Source: a virus
Taxonomy: Duplodnaviria > Caudoviricetes
IMG/VR virus record: IMGVR_UViG_3300022752_000016
Reading direction: 5' to 3' (one strand)
DNA: 64,000 nucleotides
The notes beneath the pieces were generated by a model. That model worked only from the letters and a program-made list of their open reading frames with translations, searched no databases and had not been told where the DNA came from. Positions 59,585 to 64,000 of the stretch are shown piece after piece (the first letter of the stretch is position 1; every line of letters begins with the position of its first letter). A program made the position numbers and the translations under genes.

Positions 59585-61681
59585 ATGGACATTAAAGAAC
59601 TACACTCATTTAGATTAAGTGACGCAGTAAAATTTCAGGATAAACTTAACCCAAAATTATTCTTGGGAAACCGTTTAGATCCTGCTGTAAAAAATCAATT
59701 AATTACAATTGCTAAAGATTTTCTTACAGAATTAGGGATAGGTGATGTAAAAGTTAAAGATATAACAATATCAGGTAGCAATGCAGCATTTACTTATACA
59801 CCACATAGCGATTTAGACTTACACATAGTTGTTGATTATAATCAATTTTCCAATGATAGCGTTTACAAAGAATTGTTTAACGCTAAGAAAAATTTATACA
59901 ACGATAGTCATAACATTACAATACGTGGTATTCCAGTAGAAGTATATATGGAAGATAGCAATGAACCAGTCATTAGTGTTGGTGAATACAGTATACTAAA
60001 GGATAAATGGAATCAAATTCCAACTAAACGTAGAGCAAACTTTGATCAAACTGCCACTAAGGCGAAGTATGGTAAACTAAATGATTTTATACTAAGAGCA
60101 TTAAAAGAAAAAAGTAGCAAAAAGATAGCCAAAGCATTAAAAATAATTAAGCGTTACAGACAAGCAGGGTTAGATAAAGGTGGTGAGTTTAGTCCTGAAA
60201 ATTTAGCATACAAAGCTTTACGTAGTCAAAAAGCAATTGAAAAACTATATAAGTTGCGTGATGAATTACATAGTAAAGAATTAAGTATTGAAAACATGTA
60301 TCAGGAACAAAAGCTAAATCGATTCGATGAAGACATTCCAGTTCAAAAAGGACCAGCGCGGTTAAAAAGACAAAGTGAATTAGAAAAGACACAAGACGAA
60401 TTAGGATCAGGTTTTTTTGGTACAGTTTATGATGAACCAAAAAGTAAAACTGGTGTAGGCACTGCTAGAAAAGTTTCTACATTTGATAGAGATGAGATGA
60501 CTGCTGACGGGTATTATGCTTATATCAATAAGATTATTGATCTTAAAAATGAAACTAATAATCCATACTTACCACAAGTATATGATGCTAAAGTTGTAAA
60601 ACCAAAGTCAGTAGGAAGTGAGCCATACTTTGAATTAGAACTTGAAAAATTAAGTAAATGGGAAGATTTAAGTGGTAATCAATTACGAGCAATACTAGAA
60701 AAAATGCTTGATGAAAGTTTTGAAAATGAAAAGAAACTACAAGATGTTTTGAAATTTTTAGGGCATTCAGGTGCGTCAGATACGAGTGACGAATGGTTAA
60801 TGTATGTAATTTTATATTTTATTAGGCTTACAATTAAAAATCCAAACTTTAGTTTAATGGGTATGAAAATTCGTGACCCACAACTTCTTGAAGTCACTGA
60901 TATGTTAAGATATCTGTCTAAGTCAGGGTATGGTATGGACTTACATGATCAAAATATCATGGTAAGAAATAGTAAATATGGCCCACAATTAGTTATTACA
61001 GATCCTTTAAGCTTTGGTGAAACTAGTCAGATACGAAAATTTAAACAAGGCAATATGAAAATGGATGTAAGGGGTGTAACTATACCACCTAATTACATAA
61101 TTTATGACATACATGATAAAGATAGACCAGTATTGCGTGGCTATGGCAGTTACGAAGAAATCTACCAACAATTCATAGAATTAAAGAATAAAAAACCATA
61201 TAATGATTATGAAATAGCTCCAATGAATCAAAAAGCTTCGGATGAAATGGATGCGAAGCAAGCAAGTGTAAAAGCAAAGTATAAAGAAAAACCACCTGCA
61301 AATCCTAAATATCAGCTTAAACCAAAATATACTTATGCTGTTTATGATAAAGATAAAACAAGCAATATGCTAATTGGTTATGTTAATGCTAACCATGATT
61401 CTGAAGCATTGGGATTGGCAAGAAAAAAATTCCCCGATGTAAAAAATATTAATGTGTTGCCTGATTTACTTGGTGATCCAAATGATAAATTTGCTGGTAT
61501 GTTAGAAGAAGCATTGGGTGAAAGTGCCTCGGGATATATCCCAAGCAAAAAACAAGCTAATGACCCAAGATTTAAGACTGCCTTGACAGTAGACATAAAA
61601 CCCGATAGCATCCAAAAGAATGCCAAAGCTTTTGGGTTTAAAGTAAAAAGGTCTGGAATCCCACCCCTGCTAAGACCCTAA
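59585..61681 (+). CDS. Pol-beta-superfamily nucleotidyltransferase fused to a T7 gp0.7-like protein kinase domain
   Basis: ISGSNAAFTYTPHSDLDLHIV (GS...DxD). Kinase motifs LGSGFFGTVY, ARKV, LPQVYD, DLHDQNIM, ITDPLSF. Confidence 0.8.
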   Translation: MDIKELHSFRLSDAVKFQDKLNPKLFLGNRLDPAVKNQLITIAKDFLTELGIGDVKVKDITISGSNAAFTYTPHSDLDLHIVVDYNQFSNDSVYKELFNAKKNLYNDSHNITIRGIPVEVYMEDSNEPVISVGEYSILKDKWNQIPTKRRANFDQTATKAKYGKLNDFILRALKEKSSKKIAKALKIIKRYRQAGLDKGGEFSPENLAYKALRSQKAIEKLYKLRDELHSKELSIENMYQEQKLNRFDEDIPVQKGPARLKRQSELEKTQDELGSGFFGTVYDEPKSKTGVGTARKVSTFDRDEMTADGYYAYINKIIDLKNETNNPYLPQVYDAKVVKPKSVGSEPYFELELEKLSKWEDLSGNQLRAILEKMLDESFENEKKLQDVLKFLGHSGASDTSDEWLMYVILYFIRLTIKNPNFSLMGMKIRDPQLLEVTDMLRYLSKSGYGMDLHDQNIMVRNSKYGPQLVITDPLSFGETSQIRKFKQGNMKMDVRGVTIPPNYIIYDIHDKDRPVLRGYGSYEEIYQQFIELKNKKPYNDYEIAPMNQKASDEMDAKQASVKAKYKEKPPANPKYQLKPKYTYAVYDKDKTSNMLIGYVNANHDSEALGLARKKFPDVKNINVLPDLLGDPNDKFAGMLEEALGESASGYIPSKKQANDPRFKTALTVDIKPDSIQKNAKAFGFKVKRSGIPPLLRP

Positions 61682-61689
61682 CCCAAAAC

Positions 61690-61718
61690 TTGACAATAAT
61701 TACCCGAAATGCTATACT
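61690..61718 (+). promoter_or_regulatory. sigma70-type early promoter
   Basis: TTGACA-17 nt-TATACT. Confidence 0.9.
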
Positions 61719-61746
61719 ATGGGTATAGTAAATCAACGGGGTAAGT

Positions 61747-61830
61747 ATGCAAGATTTGAAAGACTTATTGTTAGGGATCGCAAGTTCTACTACTTTAGTA
61801 CTATTGGTAAGTGCTTTGAAAGCATTGTGA
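61747..61830 (+). CDS. 27-aa hydrophobic peptide (MQDLKDLLLGIASSTTLVLLVSALKAL)
   Basis: Only sensible ORF between promoters 61690 and 61834; GGGG upstream as SD. Confidence 0.5.
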   Translation: MQDLKDLLLGIASSTTLVLLVSALKAL

Positions 61831-61833
61831 GAC

Positions 61834-61862
61834 TTGACAATAAATCAAATCGGCTTTATAAT
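61834..61862 (+). promoter_or_regulatory. sigma70-type early promoter
   Basis: TTGACA-17 nt-TATAAT. Confidence 0.9.
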
Positions 61863-61893
61863 ACTCACATACACTCAAAAAACAGGAGTTTTT

Positions 61894-62148
61894 ATGCGTA
61901 GGTCTCAAGTCATCAAGGGTCTTAATAATAGTCAAAAAGTACGTGTTATTGTCAATGGTGTAGGTTTCTATACTACGGTGCAGAGTGCGTTAGATATGTG
62001 TTTCACCCGACAGCGTAGTGCCGTAGAAATGGCTTTGACTACGATTGGTCTTAGTAAGATTGCAAAAAAGCCAATTACAGGCTTTGCAAGCAACTATGAC
62101 TTTGCAGGTACCTCACAACCTGTTGAAGTTCAAGTTGACCTAATCTAA
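61894..62148 (+). CDS. Hypothetical early protein (84 aa)
   Basis: ATG 61894 follows SD AGGAG. The track start at 61834 is the TTG of the -35 box. Confidence 0.75.
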   Translation: MRRSQVIKGLNNSQKVRVIVNGVGFYTTVQSALDMCFTRQRSAVEMALTTIGLSKIAKKPITGFASNYDFAGTSQPVEVQVDLI

Positions 62149-62158
62149 GGAGTTGTAT

Positions 62159-62377
62159 ATGGGATATAAGGTACTTGCCGATAAGTCTCAAATGGATGAA
62201 ATGCGACAAAAGTATGGACCACGCAAAGGTTTAGAAGGTCCATTTAACTTTTCGGGTAGAGTGTTGTATTATGACAACAAAGAAGGGTTGTACTACGATC
62301 CTAAAACGGACTTTTATGTTGAGCAATCAGAAATGGATCTAATCCATAATGGTTTAGTCCAAAAACTAATCAAATAA
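62159..62377 (+). CDS. Small phage protein with GLEGPF and YYD..EG.YYDP (OCRE-like) motifs
   Basis: SD AGGAG 62148-62152 and ATG 62159. Confidence 0.75.
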   Translation: MGYKVLADKSQMDEMRQKYGPRKGLEGPFNFSGRVLYYDNKEGLYYDPKTDFYVEQSEMDLIHNGLVQKLIK

Positions 62378-62385
62378 GGAAACTT

Positions 62386-62655
62386 ATGGCATTTATTGTA
62401 CGTGACAATGAAATAGTCCCAATCGCTATTCCCTTGGGAAAACGTATAAAGATTGGGTCCAATTACACTGCGCCTTATGAAAATTATGTAGCCAATGACC
62501 AACTTTGGATACAGGACGTATTTACATTTAAGAATATTCCATGGTATGCCATACGTAATCGCTTTGAAAAATATTTGGTTGTTGGGGTTATCTATTGTGC
62601 AATCGTATTGATCCTATCAATGATAGGACGGTATTATTTGGGTGCTCCAAGTTGA
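62386..62655 (+). CDS. Hypothetical protein with C-terminal transmembrane helix
   Basis: SD AAGGA; hydrophobic YLVVGVIYCAIVLILSMIG. Confidence 0.7.
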   Translation: MAFIVRDNEIVPIAIPLGKRIKIGSNYTAPYENYVANDQLWIQDVFTFKNIPWYAIRNRFEKYLVVGVIYCAIVLILSMIGRYYLGAPS

Positions 62656-62680
62656 CAATAAATGGACTTGGTAGTATACT
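62652..62680 (+). promoter_or_regulatory. sigma70-type early promoter
   Basis: TTGACA-17 nt-TATACT. Confidence 0.9.
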
Positions 62681-62710
62681 ATATGTATGTTGAATAACAA
62701 GGAGTTGCAA

Positions 62711-62971
62711 ATGGAATACGTAGTTTATCACAAAGCAAGTACAAAGATTCTTAAAGTGTTCAATGCAAAGGCTTCAGCCAAGCGTAGTGCTACTTGTATG
62801 AATCGTAAAGCAGGTGATGTATACTACACTTTTGCTGATCGTGAAACCTACGAACGCCGTGTTGTAACCCGTAAAACTGTAAAAAATTTGTTGACTGGGC
62901 AGGATGTTGAAATTGATAGTAACACTCCACATTGTTGTGATCCTTCCAGCGAAACCTATTGGTCAATGTAG
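62711..62971 (+). CDS. Small phage protein ending NLLTG...TPHCCDPSSETYWSM
   Basis: SD AGGAG before ATG 62711 (track start 62687). Confidence 0.75.
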   Translation: MEYVVYHKASTKILKVFNAKASAKRSATCMNRKAGDVYYTFADRETYERRVVTRKTVKNLLTGQDVEIDSNTPHCCDPSSETYWSM

Positions 62972-62974
62972 TGT

Positions 62975-63003
62975 TTGACAATAAATCACATATTTTGTAC
63001 AAT
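62975..63003 (+). promoter_or_regulatory. sigma70-type early promoter
   Basis: TTGACA-17 nt-TACAAT. Confidence 0.85.
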
Positions 63004-63035
63004 AGAATTTCTTAAATAATTCGATAGGAGTTTAT

Positions 63036-64000
63036 ATGACTAAAGTTTCTGATAACCACACTGTAACTAGTGTTCAAGCACGTAAGGCTTTGCTTAAGGC
63101 TTTTGATGCTAAACGCCCCATTTTCTTGTGGGGTCCTCCCGGTATCGGTAAATCTGAGGTAGTTGCAGAGGTTACTGAGGAACTTGGCGGTTTTATGATT
63201 GATTTGCGTATGGCGCAAATGGAGCCTACTGACATTCGAGGCATTCCGTTCTTCAATCGTGACCTTAACAAAATGGATTGGGCTCCACCGATTGATCTTC
63301 CCGATGAGGAGCTTGCAAGTCAATATCCACTGATTGTGTTGTTCCTTGATGAAATGAACAGTGCACCGCCCGCAGTACAGGCTGCAGGTTATCAACTTGT
63401 TTTAAATCGCCGTGTGGGCAAGTATGTGTTACCTGACAATGTTGTGATTGTTGCGGCAGGTAATCGTGATAGCGACAAGGGTGTTACTTATCGTATGCCA
63501 ATGCCCCTTGCTAATCGTTTCATTCACCTTGAAATGCGAGCCGACTTTGCAAGTTGGCAGAACTGGGCAGTAAACAAAGGCATTCATAAAGATGTGGTTG
63601 GTTACTTGTCATTCAGTAAACAGGACTTGTACGAGTTTGATAACAAAAGTTCTAGCCGTGCATTTGCTACTCCGCGTAGTTGGGTCTTTGTTTCAGATTT
63701 ACTCAATGATGAGGAAAGCGATTACGATACCCTGTACAACTTGGTAGCAGGTAGTGTCGGTGACGGATTGGCTGTAAAGTTTATGGCACACCGTAAGGTT
63801 GCAGGTAGCATGCCTGAACCAAGTGACATTCTTAGCGGTAAAGTTAAGGATCTCAAAGTTAAAGAAATTAGTGCTATGTATTCGCTAACCATCTCAATGT
63901 GTTACGAATTGCGTGATGCATTGGATAACAAGAAAGTGGATAACAAGAAATTCCACGATATGGCAAACAATTTCTTTACTTACATTATGGCTAACTTTGA
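63036..64000 (+). CDS. MoxR-like AAA+ ATPase, 3'-truncated by the window (absent from the ORF track)
   Basis: SD AGGAG; MTKVSDNH...IFLWGPPGIGKSE (Walker A)...LFLDEMN (Walker B)...AAGNR...PLANRF (Arg finger). Confidence 0.92.
   Translation, partial: MTKVSDNHTVTSVQARKALLKAFDAKRPIFLWGPPGIGKSEVVAEVTEELGGFMIDLRMAQMEPTDIRGIPFFNRDLNKMDWAPPIDLPDEELASQYPLIVLFLDEMNSAPPAVQAAGYQLVLNRRVGKYVLPDNVVIVAAGNRDSDKGVTYRMPMPLANRFIHLEMRADFASWQNWAVNKGIHKDVVGYLSFSKQDLYEFDNKSSSRAFATPRSWVFVSDLLNDEESDYDTLYNLVAGSVGDGLAVKFMAHRKVAGSMPEPSDILSGKVKDLKVKEISAMYSLTISMCYELRDALDNKKVDNKKFHDMANNFFTYIMANF

Noticed and set aside
61719-61901. 60-aa + strand ORF from the track
   Set aside because: It starts immediately at the -10 box with no SD and spans the next promoter; the SD-led 27-aa and 84-aa ORFs explain the region better.
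63012-63395. Minus-strand ORFs 63012..63395 and 63074..63271
   Set aside because: Antisense shadows of the AAA+ ATPase gene.

Overview
A 64-kb segment of an AT-rich jumbo myophage with T4-like tail morphogenesis genes. The credible genes are all on the + strand and use the standard code. The host is probably a betaproteobacterium, inferred from the porin type and tmRNA features. Layout: (1) 1-35.3 kb, baseplate/tail module (gp48/54-, gp53-, hub-, gp5-, gp25- and gp6-like genes, a 7,256-aa modular virion protein, fibre-like genes). (2) 35.3-57.7 kb, a ~22-kb glycan/modification cluster (GT-A and GT10-like glycosyltransferases, two radical SAM enzymes, 2OG-Fe(II) oxygenase, epimerase, three SGNH proteins, carbamoyltransferase, a 1,942-aa protein with 18 tandem ~66-aa repeats). 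(3) 57.7-61.7 kb, a host-takeover block: a circularly permuted two-piece tmRNA whose intervening segment carries its own 61-aa ORF, a porin, a terminator-gated Pro-rich peptide, and a Pol-beta nucleotidyltransferase fused to a T7 gp0.7-like kinase. (4) 61.7-64 kb, small early-type genes behind four near-consensus sigma70 promoters, then a MoxR-like AAA+ ATPase running off the end. All family assignments come from recognising motifs by eye; no database searches were run.
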